The notes under the pieces are model-generated. The model was not told the DNA's origin and ran no database searches. It saw only the letters and a program-made list of their open reading frames with translations. Positions 47,185 through 56,513 of a DNA stretch of 64,000 nucleotides are shown one piece after another (positions within the stretch are counted from its first letter, which is position 1; every line of letters begins with the position of its first letter). Where the stretch lies: contig JAXLYJ010000019.1 in assembly GCA_046351515.1 (NCBI GenBank), forward strand, positions 80,452-144,451, read 5' to 3'. Source of the stretch: Polyangiales bacterium (GTDB lineage: Bacteria > Myxococcota_A > Polyangia > Polyangiales > Ga0077539). The position numbers and the translations under genes were made by a program.

Positions 47185-47829
47185 CTACGTCGATGGCACG
47201 AGGGACTCGGCCAACGCACACAATTTCAACTCGTCTTCGAGCGCGCTGCTGTCCATCGGGACGCCGGGCGGAAGCCGCTCACAGCGATCGTAGTGCGCCT
47301 CGAGCACCTCGCGCCGCAGCGAAGACCACCGCGCGTCGCTGAGCCCGATCCGCGCTCGATTGATCCACAGCCAACACAGCGCCGCGCAGTCGCACTGCAG
47401 CTCGTTGGCCGCGCGCTCGACGAAGTCGCCGTGGTTGTGAAAGTGCGCCCAGTCGTGAAGGCCCCAGTAGAGCGCGTCGACGTTGTTCGCGGCGAGCCAG
47501 AGCGCCGTCGTCGGCTCGATGCGCTGCGCGAACAGCTCGTCCGTCCCGTGGTCGATCGCGTACGGAGCGAGGCACTGCTCGTCCTCGAGCCCGTACGCGC
47601 GGCCGACGTGCAGCCGAGCGAGCTCTGTGGGGATGCCCTTCACTTCGCGACGAAACACGAAGGCCATCCCCGTCGGGTCCTCGCTGACGGGGCTGTCGAC
47701 GAGGGGCCCGAGGCAGCGCCACTCGAGCGTGCTCGAGGCGACCCACGAGAAGCCGTCGAACACCGACGGATCGACGAGCAGCGGCAGCGGCGGCGTTCGC
47801 AAGTGCAGCGTTGTCAGCGGCAGGCTCAT
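47185..47829 (-). CDS. hypothetical protein (His-rich motif HDWAHFHNHGDF)
   Basis: 214 aa with balanced composition and an ATG start. No signal peptide and no family recognised. Confidence 0.55.
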   Translation of the reverse strand: MSLPLTTLHLRTPPLPLLVDPSVFDGFSWVASSTLEWRCLGPLVDSPVSEDPTGMAFVFRREVKGIPTELARLHVGRAYGLEDEQCLAPYAIDHGTDELFAQRIEPTTALWLAANNVDALYWGLHDWAHFHNHGDFVERAANELQCDCAALCWLWINRARIGLSDARWSSLRREVLEAHYDRCERLPPGVPMDSSALEDELKLCALAESLVPST

Positions 47830-47925
47830 CGCAGAACGCGCTCTCTCTACCGCACGCGCCGCGCGCTGACGAGCGAATCGGGCGGGTGCGCCGGCAGTGC
47901 GGCTTCGCTACAGTGGTGCCCTCTC

Positions 47926-48336
47926 ATGAACCTCCGACTCTCTTTGGGCATCGCAGCGCTCTCGATGAGCGCCGCGCACTGCGGGCCCGCGGCGCCTCCG
48001 GCGTACAGCGAAGTGCAGGCGATCTACACGACGAGCTGCGCGATCGGCCGCAATTGTCACGGGATCATCGGCGCACCGCCCGTGCTCATGGCAGGCATGT
48101 CCCACGCCGCGACGGTCAACGTGAACGCCACGCAAATCACCATGCCGCTGATCACGCCAGGCAACCTCAACAACAGCTACCTCTGGCACAAGATCAACGG
48201 AACGATGAGCACCCTGCCCCAGTGCTCGATGAGCAACTGCGGCACGCGCATGCCCATGGTCGGCGGCGCCGCGCTGAGCGACGCGCAGCTCGACACGATT
48301 CGTCGCTGGATTCTCGCGGGCGCGCCGTCGCAGTAG
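47926..48336 (+). CDS. small secreted PSCyt1-like (Planctomycete cytochrome c domain-like) protein
   Basis: ATG 47926 inside ORF 47293..48336. Signal MNLRLSLGIAALSMSAAHC. Blocks VQAIYTTSCAIGRNCHG, ITPGNLNNSYLWHKI and RMPMVGGAALSDAQLDTIRRWILAGAP parallel the PSCyt1 domain layout. Confidence 0.6.
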   Translation: MNLRLSLGIAALSMSAAHCGPAAPPAYSEVQAIYTTSCAIGRNCHGIIGAPPVLMAGMSHAATVNVNATQITMPLITPGNLNNSYLWHKINGTMSTLPQCSMSNCGTRMPMVGGAALSDAQLDTIRRWILAGAPSQ

Positions 48337-48363
48337 CGACGCGCACACGAATTCAAGTTCGGC

Positions 48364-49848
48364 TCAAGCGCGGCCGAAGTCGATGTAGCCCTGCTCGATG
48401 TCGTACGAGAGCAGCTTGACCCGAACGCGATCGCCGACGTCGAGCCCCTGCCAGCCGCGCGCGATGCGACCTTCGATCGTGGGGCGGTCGATGCGAACCC
48501 ACGTCCCCTTCTCAGTGGCGCCGACGACGACGCCGCTGAAGTAGTCGCCCACGCGGTCGGCGACGAGCAGCGCCGCTGCGGACTTCTGCACCTTGCGCTC
48601 GACCTTCTTCGCCGCTGCTTCGCGCTCGGAGCAGTGCTCGCCGAGCTTCGAGAGCACGTCGAACGAGTAAGGGCTCTTGTGCCCGTTGATCATCGCCAAG
48701 AGCAGCCGCTGGGTGATCACGTCGGGGTAGCGACGGTTGGGCGCGGTCGAGTGCGAGTAGTGATCGAGCGCGAGGCCGAAGTGGCCTGGCGCCGGTCCGT
48801 CGGGCGCCTTCGCGATGTACTCGCCGCGTCCGACGAGCTTCACGACCGAGACCGAAATCGCGGGAAACTCCGCGGGGCGCTCTTCTTTCATCACCTTCAA
48901 GAAGCCCGCGAGCGCCGCGGGGACCGGCGCCGGCGGGAGCTTGTAGTCGTAGCTCGCCGCCAGATCGACGATGCGCCCCCAGCGCTCGGGCGTCTTGACC
49001 GCGCGTCGCAGCGACGGAAACCCGTTGCTGTCCAGGTTGCGCGCCACCGCTTGATTGACGGCGATCATGAGCGACTCGACGAGCTGATTCGCTCGGTTTT
49101 GCACGCGCATCGCGACGTCGATGATGCGCCCGTTGCTGTCGCGGATCGTGCGAGGCTCGGCGTTGTCCAGGCCGAGCGCGCCCTTCTCGATGCGGTGCGA
49201 GCGAAGGAGCTGCGCGATTTTGTCCTGGATTCGGACCTGCCGAACGAAATCCGGCGAGCGCTCGAGCAGCTCGGGCATCGGGCCCACTTCTTCGAGCCAC
49301 GCGCCGACGTGGGTGTAGTCGAGCTTGGCCCAGTTGCGGACGATGGCCGAGTAGTGCGACGAGCGAAGGGGTTTTCCGCGAGGGTCGATGTCGATCTCGG
49401 TGACCATCGAGAGGCGAGCCTCGCCGGGCAAGAGCGAGGTGGCGTTCTCGCTGAGCGAGCGATCGAGCATCGGAAACACCGCGCCCGCCGTATAAATGCT
49501 CGTGGAGTTCTGCTTGGCCGCGAGGTCCACCGCCGAGTCGAGCGGCGCATACGCGTCGACGTCGGCGATCGCGACGCGCAAGCGAACGACGCCGTGATCG
49601 AGCTCTTCGACGACCTCGAGCTGATCGAGGTCGCGAGAATCTTCGTTGTCGATCGAGGTCCAGAGCAGGTCCGTGAGGTCCTTGGCGCTCCTCGTGCGCG
49701 CGGCCACGTCGAGCGCCGGAACGTCTGCGATCTGCTTGCGCGCAGCGTCGGGCGTGTCCGTCAGAAACTCTCGGTCCTTCATCGCGCGGCGCGCGAGTTC
49801 GAGCAGGTCGATGCGGTCGTCGATTCCATTTCCGTCGCGGTCGATCAT
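48364..49848 (-). CDS. RNB-domain exoribonuclease (RNase II/R family) with C-terminal S1 domain
   Basis: ATG 49848 inside ORF 48364..50748. SIDNEDSRDLDQL, HFGLALDHYSHSTAPNRRYPDVITQR. S1-like YFSGVVVGATEKGTWVRIDRPTIEGRI. Confidence 0.8.
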   Translation of the reverse strand: MIDRDGNGIDDRIDLLELARRAMKDREFLTDTPDAARKQIADVPALDVAARTRSAKDLTDLLWTSIDNEDSRDLDQLEVVEELDHGVVRLRVAIADVDAYAPLDSAVDLAAKQNSTSIYTAGAVFPMLDRSLSENATSLLPGEARLSMVTEIDIDPRGKPLRSSHYSAIVRNWAKLDYTHVGAWLEEVGPMPELLERSPDFVRQVRIQDKIAQLLRSHRIEKGALGLDNAEPRTIRDSNGRIIDVAMRVQNRANQLVESLMIAVNQAVARNLDSNGFPSLRRAVKTPERWGRIVDLAASYDYKLPPAPVPAALAGFLKVMKEERPAEFPAISVSVVKLVGRGEYIAKAPDGPAPGHFGLALDHYSHSTAPNRRYPDVITQRLLLAMINGHKSPYSFDVLSKLGEHCSEREAAAKKVERKVQKSAAALLVADRVGDYFSGVVVGATEKGTWVRIDRPTIEGRIARGWQGLDVGDRVRVKLLSYDIEQGYIDFGRA

Positions 49849-49921
49849 GGGAAAAATGATCGCACGAGATTCGCGGCGACCGTCGAAGATAGCGGCGCGC
49901 TCGATGACGCAATGCACGCGG

Positions 49922-49927
49922 TACAAT
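49922..49927 (+). promoter_or_regulatory. -10-like TACAAT hexamer 8 nt upstream of ATG 49936 (possible leaderless mRNA)
   Basis: gcggTACAATcgcaacccATG. There is no SD and no convincing -35. Confidence 0.2.
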
Positions 49928-49935
49928 CGCAACCC

Positions 49936-50607
49936 ATGCGCCGCCGTTGGACTCTCTCGCTCTCGTGCGCGTTGCTCGCCGCCATCGCGCTCAGCCCTTC
50001 GCTGCTCTTCGGCTCGATCGAAGATCAACGGGCGCGGCTCCCTCCGGCGGCCGAGCAAGACGCTGGCGCAGACTGCAGCGATCCGGCCGCAGGGACGTGG
50101 CTCGGCCAGCAATACAATCAACGCTCGCGCTCGTGGCAGCGCTACGAGCTCACGATCCGTCGCGCGAGCGCTGGAAGCACCGCGCTCGTCGGCGAAGTGC
50201 GCGTGCACTTCTGGAACGGGTGGTACTCGCACAGCACTCCGCAGACCGACTGCTCGCGCCCGCACCTCGCCGCGGAGGTCGTGCAAAACGCGACGGGCAC
50301 GATCAACGGCCTCGACCTCTCGTTTGGCGGCAACGACTGGCGTACTTCGCGTGTGTTTTGCCAGCCTCCCGGAACGCGCGTCGCCTACAACCCCGACCAC
50401 TTCACGGGCACGATCAACGTCGCGATCCAAGAGTTTCAATCGGTCAACAACGACGGAGGCTCTGCAGTGAACGAGCCCGTCGTGTTTCGCCGCATTCGCT
50501 GTGCAGAGTCCGCGGCGCAGCCGAGGGTCGTCGTCGTTCCGCCGGTGGAGATCCCACGCCCGCCGAGCACGAGCCGTCCGCGACCGATCTTCGGCTGCTC
50601 GCGTTGA
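49936..50607 (+). CDS. hypothetical secreted protein
   Basis: ATG 49936 inside ORF 48634..50607. Signal MRRRWTLSLSCALLAAIALSPSLLFG. 223 aa. Confidence 0.55.
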   Translation: MRRRWTLSLSCALLAAIALSPSLLFGSIEDQRARLPPAAEQDAGADCSDPAAGTWLGQQYNQRSRSWQRYELTIRRASAGSTALVGEVRVHFWNGWYSHSTPQTDCSRPHLAAEVVQNATGTINGLDLSFGGNDWRTSRVFCQPPGTRVAYNPDHFTGTINVAIQEFQSVNNDGGSAVNEPVVFRRIRCAESAAQPRVVVVPPVEIPRPPSTSRPRPIFGCSR

Positions 50608-50659
50608 GCCGCCGCGCCGCGGGGCCGTGAGCGCCAACGGCACGGGGAGAAATGAAAAA

Positions 50660-50705
50660 CGCCGGTCAGGATGGCGTGGGGGGGGACCGCCTCGGCTGAC
50701 CGGCG
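50660..50705 (+). terminator. 10-bp stem hairpin downstream of the 49936..50607 gene
   Basis: CGCCGGTCAG-26 nt (including a G8 run)-CTGACCGGCG, 53 nt after the stop. No U-tract. Confidence 0.3.
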
Positions 50706-50786
50706 CAGGCGACAATAACTCACGACTCGTGCCAACGATGCTGGCCACGAAATCAAAGCGTTTTTTCGATCACCCCGCGCGCGGAT

Positions 50787-50825
50787 CTTTCACTGGTGAA
50801 TGACCCACCATTGCACCACTGAAAG
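50787..50825 (-). terminator. hairpin immediately downstream of the 50830..51861 gene
   Basis: CTTTCACTGGTG / CACCACTGAAAG arms (11 of 12 complementary) with a 15-nt loop, starting 5 nt beyond the stop codon. Confidence 0.35.
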
Positions 50826-50829
50826 ATCA

Positions 50830-51861
50830 TCAGCGAGTGACGGCGTGGCGTTCGCGGACGTGCGTGTCGTCCAGCGACTCCACCGACCCTTCGGGGAGCG
50901 AAGCGATCGTCGGCGCCACACCCGCAGGGTCCTGCAGGTAGAGCGCGATGACCTGCCGCAGCGGCCCCATCAGCAAGTCCGCCATCACATCGCCTGCATC
51001 CGCCATCGCCCGCACACGCAGCTCGCGCGCGAGCTTCTGCGGAACGTCTCCCGCCGTCGCCGGCATCGCCGAGAGCGCCGCAGCGAGCATCGACGCCACC
51101 AACGCCGCGCCGAGCTCGGTCTCGAGAAACGCCGCCACCTTCGCGCGAAACGCGTCGTCGCCCGGCGCGAGGTGCCGCGTGAGCAGCCCCACCAGCGGCT
51201 CGCGCGTGAGCTTCACGAACTGCGAGCCCGCGGTGCGCCATGCCGCGTCGGTCGCGTCGGTCTTGAGCGTGTCGATCAACGGAGAGTTTTGCTTCACCAC
51301 GGGATCCTCCAACTTGTTCGCGACAGGCGCAGCCTTGAGGGGCGAGGCGTCCGCGCGAGGTGACTTCGGTGCTTGTGCCTCGGGATCGACGGCGTGATCC
51401 GTCGCTGATTTCGCAGCTCGAACGAGCTCTGCCGCGACGTTGAGCGCCCACTGTTGCGCGTGGCCCTCCGAGGGCTCTGCGCTCGCCGCGACGTCGACCA
51501 AAACGCACGCGGCGTCTTCGATGAGCGTCGCGATCGCCTTCGATCGGGGCTGCTCGTCGAGCGCGACGGCGCTGCTCGCGCGCGTGGCGTTGATGGCCAG
51601 CTCCTTCACGATCTGCGCGCCGTTCGCCGTGGGGACAGCGAAGCGCGAGAGCGCGTGCGAGACCTGGTCGAACACCGCCACCACGACCGTGGGGTGCGCG
51701 CGCTCTTTCGTGAGCGCGTTGCGGGCCTCGACGAGCGCCTTTCGGGCTCGACGAACGACGGCGTCGACCTCGTGCGCCTTGGGCCACGGCCCCTCGTACC
51801 AGGGCCGCGCCGACCGGAGCGCGAGCAGCACGGTCTGCGTGTTGTTTCGCTGGGTGTTCAT
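50830..51861 (-). CDS. hypothetical protein (Ala-rich, helical)
   Basis: ATG 51861 is preceded by GAGGAG 6 nt upstream. 343 aa. The longer listed ORF (to 52311) adds an Arg-rich extension with no RBS. Confidence 0.55.
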   Translation of the reverse strand: MNTQRNNTQTVLLALRSARPWYEGPWPKAHEVDAVVRRARKALVEARNALTKERAHPTVVVAVFDQVSHALSRFAVPTANGAQIVKELAINATRASSAVALDEQPRSKAIATLIEDAACVLVDVAASAEPSEGHAQQWALNVAAELVRAAKSATDHAVDPEAQAPKSPRADASPLKAAPVANKLEDPVVKQNSPLIDTLKTDATDAAWRTAGSQFVKLTREPLVGLLTRHLAPGDDAFRAKVAAFLETELGAALVASMLAAALSAMPATAGDVPQKLARELRVRAMADAGDVMADLLMGPLRQVIALYLQDPAGVAPTIASLPEGSVESLDDTHVRERHAVTR

Positions 51862-52425
51862 GGGTTGCTCCTCTGCGTTCTTCGGCGTGGACGCGCCGCG
51901 ATCGAGCTGCGAACGCGCGGGAGAAGACGGCGCTTGGACCGCCGCTCGACGCGCGAAGCTCGGCGCGCACACGCCCTCGCGATGCAGGCTTCGCCGCGCG
52001 CTGCGCGCGGTGAACCGCTGCCCCGCCGCGAACGCTCCCGCCATCACCGCGCTCGCAAAGTGCGGCGCGTGACGCCACGGTTCACGCATCATGGCAATGC
52101 TCGGCCGCGCGAGACGCCGAAGAGCGGCCCGCGCGATAGGACTCTGAATGCATCGGCCGCGCGCGATCGCGACCCGAGGTCGCTCGCCGCGGCGCGCGAG
52201 CGCGACGGGCGCCCGCGGTGCGCTGCTCGATCGACGCGGTCGCTCATCGAGCGAACACAACCCCACCGAGCACGGGCCGCATCGAATGAGCACGGCTCGT
52301 CTGCCCGTCAATGGGCGATCTCACGCGCGGCGCTTCACGCGCGCTGTGCAACGGCATCGAGCGAGGTAAGCTCTCGGCGCCTCTTCGCAGCATTGGATTC
52401 ACGGAGGGGAGAGACCGCGAACACG

Positions 52426-55400
52426 ATGGCCAACTGCGTCGGGCGCGAGCGCGAGCTCGCCTTCATCACCTCTCGTCTCGAATCGACAGGCGCGAACGGA
52501 ACCGGCCTCGTCCTCGTGGCCGGGCCCGCCGGCATCGGCAAGTCCACGCTCCTGGCCGAGCTGCGCGAACGCTCGCGCCTCGCGGGCTTCGCCGTGCTCG
52601 AGGGCTATTGCGTGCGGCACTCAGCCTTTGCTCCGTGGACCGCGGTGGCCGCGCAAGCGCTCGCGTTTCTCAGGGCGCGCGGAGAGCACGAGCAGCTCGC
52701 GCCGGGCGACGTCGACGCGCTCGCGCCGCTCATCTCGGGCCGCGCCCCCAAAGAGCGCGAAGAAGACGACGAAGGCGCGCTGCACTTCGCCGGGGCGCTC
52801 TCTCGCCTGCTCGCGGCGGTCGGGCGCGTGCGACCGGTGCTCGTGCTTCTCCGTGGCTTTTCTCAGGTCGACGAGTCATCGCGCGCCCTCCTTCGAACGA
52901 TGCTCGACGGCGCCGGCCCCGCGGGAGAGCCCACGCCCGGCGCGCCCGCAGCGCTCATCGTCGCCGCTGTTCGCAGCGAAGAGATCGGCGAGCTGTCCGA
53001 GCACCCTCGCTCGAGCGTCGTGACGCTGGACGGACTGGACCTCGAGGGCGTCCGCAAGCTCGTCAACGACGAGGCATTTTTGCAGCGAATGCTCGCTTCG
53101 ACCGGCGGCGCTCCGGACGCGATCCTCGCGCAGGTCGATCGCCCTGCCACGTCGCGAGCAGCGGAGGCGACCTCGCGCGTGGCGCAGCTCGGCTCCGTGC
53201 AGCGCACGTTGCTCGCGGCCCTCGCGGCCGCTGGTCGTCCGCTCCCGGTGCACGTCCTGGCGAGCGCGGCGGGCGTGGACGCGACGACCGCGGCGCGCGC
53301 GGTCCCCGGGCTCGTCGACGCGAGGATGATCTGGCGCAACCTCGACGCGACCGTGGGCGACGTCGTGCTCGGACTCGAGCTGCGCGACGACGGGATCGCC
53401 GCCACGACGCTGCTCAGCGACGACGAGCGACGCGCGCTCGAACAGCGGCTCGGAGAAGTGTTCATCGAGTGGGGCAAGGTCGCCCCCGAAGAGTGGCTCG
53501 CGCACTTGCTTCGCGGTCGCACCGCGCGCGGCGCGGCCAACCGCGCGACGGAGATCGCGCAGACGTTGTTGCGCAGGCACGCCCCGGCGACGGCGATGCG
53601 CGTGGTGCTCGAAGCCGCGCAGGACGCCGACGGAGCGATGCTCGCGAAGCTCGCTCCGATCGCAGCACAGGCGGCGCGCGGCGCGGGGATGCACAGCGAG
53701 GCGCGCGCGCTCGTCGAAAAAGCGCGCTCGTTCGAGGCGGACAACCCCATGCTCTCGCGGATCGCCGCAGAGCTCGCGCTCGCGGTCGGCGACCTGGACG
53801 CCTGCGAGAGCGCGCTCGAGCGAGCGCGGGCCACGGTCGAAGGGCACAGCGACGATGAGCGCGCGGCGATCGCAGCGGTGTCGGCGGAGTATTTCTTTCA
53901 GCGCGGCGAGCTGAGCGAAGCCGAGCGGTTCGCGCACGAAGCCCTGGCCAAATCGCGCGAAGAAGCGGCGGTCCACACGCAAGCGCGCAACACCCTCACC
54001 AAGGTGTACCTCTGGCGCGGCGAGCTCGACCGCGCGTGGGATTGGTCGCAAGAGCACATCGCCCGCGCACGCACGCGAGGCGCGACGTCCGAGGTGTTGC
54101 GCGGGGTGATCAACCTCGGGGTGATCGCCGTTCGTCGCGGAGACCTCGACGACGCGGCGAGGCACTTCGAAGCGGCGCGGTCCATCGCGGCGCGCGGCGG
54201 AACGATGATGATGCGCGGGGTGCTCAAAGAGAACGAGGCCGTCCTCGCGCACCTGCGCGGCAGGTTCGGCGACGCGCTCGCGCTCTACCAAGAAGCGCTC
54301 GGAATCCTGATTCGCGTCGGCCACCGGCAGTTTCTCGCGCGCGTCGCGAACAACCTCGGCGAGCTCTACGTGCAGGTCGGCGAGACGAGCCGCGCGCGAC
54401 GATTGTGCGACTACGCGGCGCAGGTCGGGCGCGGGCTCGCGAGGGGCCTGGTGGCAGAAGGGCTGCTCTTGCGGGGGCAGATCGACCTGGCTGACGGGCA
54501 CATCGACGCCGCGCGCAGCGCGCTGCAAGAGGCGCTCTCGATGTTCGCTTCGACCGGTGAATTTGCGCGCGGATCCGAGGCGCACCTGCTCTTGGCCCGC
54601 GCGGCGCTGAGCGAAGGAGACACCCTGCGCGCGCAGCAAGCGCTCGACGTGATCCCGGATGACGAAGAGCGCTCGGGGCTGCGCGTGATCGCCGAGCGCG
54701 CGCAGGTGAGCTGCGATCTCGCGCGGGCCGAAGGACGCGACTCGCAAGAGCTCGCCGAGCGCGCGCTCGAGCTCGCCGAGCGAACGGGCGACGCGGACCT
54801 CGAGCTGCGGGCCCATGTGTTGTGCGGGCTTTCAGCGCTGGATCGCTCGGAGATCGAGCGGGCGAGGGCGCACGCGGCGGACGCCGAGCGACGCAAGAGC
54901 GAGCTGCTCGCGCGCGTGGGAGAATCGCTGCGGGTGTCTTACGACGCGACGCTGGCGAAGGCAGGGCTGCAGCGACTCGCGGCGCGACTCGATTTGGCGG
55001 CGGCCGAGTCACGGGCGCTCAAGGCTCCGGCGCCCAACGAGCGGCCCGCGCAGACCGGCGCCGAGCGCAGCGGACTCGTCGGCGAGAGCGCGGTGATGAA
55101 CTCGCTGCGCAGGCTCATCGCGCGCGTGGGGCCCGCGGACACGACCGTGCTGCTGCGCGGCGAAACCGGGACCGGAAAAGAGCGCGTCGCCGAGGCGATC
55201 CACCGCGCATCGCGCCGGCGATCGGGCCCGATGATCAAAGTGAACTGCGCCGCGATCGGCGAGGGCGTGCTCCTCAGCGAGCTGTTCGGCCACGAGCGCG
55301 GCGCGTACACAGGCGCGCACGGGCGACGCAAGGGACGCTTCGAAGCGGCCGACGGCGGGACGATCTTCCTCGACGAAATCGGTGATATTTCGCCGGCGAT

Positions 55401-56106
55401 GCAGAGCGCCCTGCTTCGTGTGCTGCAAGAGCACACGTTCGAGCGCGTCGGCGGCAACACCCCCATCCGCGTGGATGTTCGCGTGATCGCCGCGACGAAC
55501 AAGAACCTCGAAGAGGCCATGCGCGCTGGGGCGTTTCGCGAGGATTTGTACTACCGACTCGCGGACATCACCGTCCGCATCGCGCCGCTGCGCGAGCGCA
55601 TCGAAGACGTCCCGCTGCTCGCGACGCACTTCGTCGAGCTCGAGGCGCAGCAGAGCGGGCTCGAGCACAAGCGCCTTTCTGCCGCGGCGCTGCGACGACT
55701 CTGCGAGTACCACTGGCCGGGCAACGTGCGCGAGCTGTACAGCAAGATCCGCAACGCGCTGGTGATGTCCGAAGCCGATGAGATTCAGCCGGACGACATC
55801 GAGCTTCCACAGTTCGAGCCGCGGTTGGTCGAGCGAAGCTCGTCTCCCTCGATCGCGCCCCCTGCGCTCGGCGACCGCAGCGAAGTGGACGTCGTGTACG
55901 AGCGCATCCGAGGCGGGGGCGTCCCGCTCTTCGAGATGCGCAAAGAGCTCGAAAAAGGCTGCATTCAGAAGGCCCTCGCCGAAGCCGGAGGAAACATCAC
56001 CCGCGCCGCCACCCTCCTCGGCATGAAGCGCCCGCGCCTCTCGCAGCTCGTGAGGGAGTACGGACTTGCGAAGGGGACCGACCCAGGTGACACTTCGGAG
56101 TCATGA
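52426..56106 (+). CDS. sigma-54-dependent transcriptional activator fused to an N-terminal STAND-like P-loop NTPase and TPR array
   Basis: ATG 52426 inside ORF 51454..56106. N-terminal Walker A GPAGIGKST. A long helical/TPR-like middle region. C-terminal bEBP AAA+ with GETGTGKE, GAYTGA loop, GGTIFLDEIG and EDLYYRL. Fis-type HTH GGNITRAATLLGMKRPRLSQLVREYGL. Confidence 0.85.
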   Translation: MANCVGRERELAFITSRLESTGANGTGLVLVAGPAGIGKSTLLAELRERSRLAGFAVLEGYCVRHSAFAPWTAVAAQALAFLRARGEHEQLAPGDVDALAPLISGRAPKEREEDDEGALHFAGALSRLLAAVGRVRPVLVLLRGFSQVDESSRALLRTMLDGAGPAGEPTPGAPAALIVAAVRSEEIGELSEHPRSSVVTLDGLDLEGVRKLVNDEAFLQRMLASTGGAPDAILAQVDRPATSRAAEATSRVAQLGSVQRTLLAALAAAGRPLPVHVLASAAGVDATTAARAVPGLVDARMIWRNLDATVGDVVLGLELRDDGIAATTLLSDDERRALEQRLGEVFIEWGKVAPEEWLAHLLRGRTARGAANRATEIAQTLLRRHAPATAMRVVLEAAQDADGAMLAKLAPIAAQAARGAGMHSEARALVEKARSFEADNPMLSRIAAELALAVGDLDACESALERARATVEGHSDDERAAIAAVSAEYFFQRGELSEAERFAHEALAKSREEAAVHTQARNTLTKVYLWRGELDRAWDWSQEHIARARTRGATSEVLRGVINLGVIAVRRGDLDDAARHFEAARSIAARGGTMMMRGVLKENEAVLAHLRGRFGDALALYQEALGILIRVGHRQFLARVANNLGELYVQVGETSRARRLCDYAAQVGRGLARGLVAEGLLLRGQIDLADGHIDAARSALQEALSMFASTGEFARGSEAHLLLARAALSEGDTLRAQQALDVIPDDEERSGLRVIAERAQVSCDLARAEGRDSQELAERALELAERTGDADLELRAHVLCGLSALDRSEIERARAHAADAERRKSELLARVGESLRVSYDATLAKAGLQRLAARLDLAAAESRALKAPAPNERPAQTGAERSGLVGESAVMNSLRRLIARVGPADTTVLLRGETGTGKERVAEAIHRASRRRSGPMIKVNCAAIGEGVLLSELFGHERGAYTGAHGRRKGRFEAADGGTIFLDEIGDISPAMQSALLRVLQEHTFERVGGNTPIRVDVRVIAATNKNLEEAMRAGAFREDLYYRLADITVRIAPLRERIEDVPLLATHFVELEAQQSGLEHKRLSAAALRRLCEYHWPGNVRELYSKIRNALVMSEADEIQPDDIELPQFEPRLVERSSSPSIAPPALGDRSEVDVVYERIRGGGVPLFEMRKELEKGCIQKALAEAGGNITRAATLLGMKRPRLSQLVREYGLAKGTDPGDTSES

Positions 56107-56423
56107 AGCGCATCGCGTTGTTGTTGACGGTTCTGGCTTCGCTCACGGGTTGTGCCTCGACGGCGTCGAACACCGTCGCCATGGCGGGGATCACCGGTCA
56201 CGGCCGCGCGGTCGGCACGCAGGGATCGACCGTGGCGCGCACCAACGACGCCGTCGCGATCAACACCCACGATGAGAGCGAGCGCGTGGGCCGCGAAGTG
56301 CGCGGGATTCCCACGCCGCAGCCGGTGCGCGAGCCCTCGATGGCGGCGCACGCGATCCCGGTCCCCCAGCCCCCGATCCCGATGCCGCCGCACGGCGGTG
56401 GGTTCGCCGCTCGCTACCCCTGA
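56103..56423 (+). CDS. small lipoprotein
   Basis: ATG 56103 overlaps the activator stop (ATGA). MKRIALLLTVLASLTGC is a canonical lipobox. Pro-rich C-terminus. Confidence 0.6.
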   Translation: MKRIALLLTVLASLTGCASTASNTVAMAGITGHGRAVGTQGSTVARTNDAVAINTHDESERVGREVRGIPTPQPVREPSMAAHAIPVPQPPIPMPPHGGGFAARYP

Positions 56424-56473
56424 TTGGGCGATCGACGCTTCACGCTCGCGCAGCGCTCGAAGCCAGGTCAGCT

Positions 56474-56503
56474 CGTTTGAATTTGGGGGCGAATATTCAA
56501 ACG
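56474..56503. terminator. AT-rich 9-bp stem hairpin between convergent genes (bidirectional terminator candidate)
   Basis: CGTTTGAAT-ttgggggcgaat-ATTCAAACG lies between the lipoprotein stop (56423) and the ribA stop (56514). Confidence 0.4.
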
Positions 56504-56513
56504 GGCGGGAGAA

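Noticed and set aside
51454-52425. Upstream extensions of real genes inside long listed ORFs: 51454..52425 before the sigma-54 activator, 1989..3692, 43007..44683, 48634..49935, 117..1070, 49849..50748(-) and 39821..40582(-).
   Set aside because: The extensions are Arg-rich and overlap neighbouring genes. They are replaced by internal starts that give signal peptides, lipoboxes or canonical N-termini, often with an SD sequence or a 4-nt stop/start overlap.
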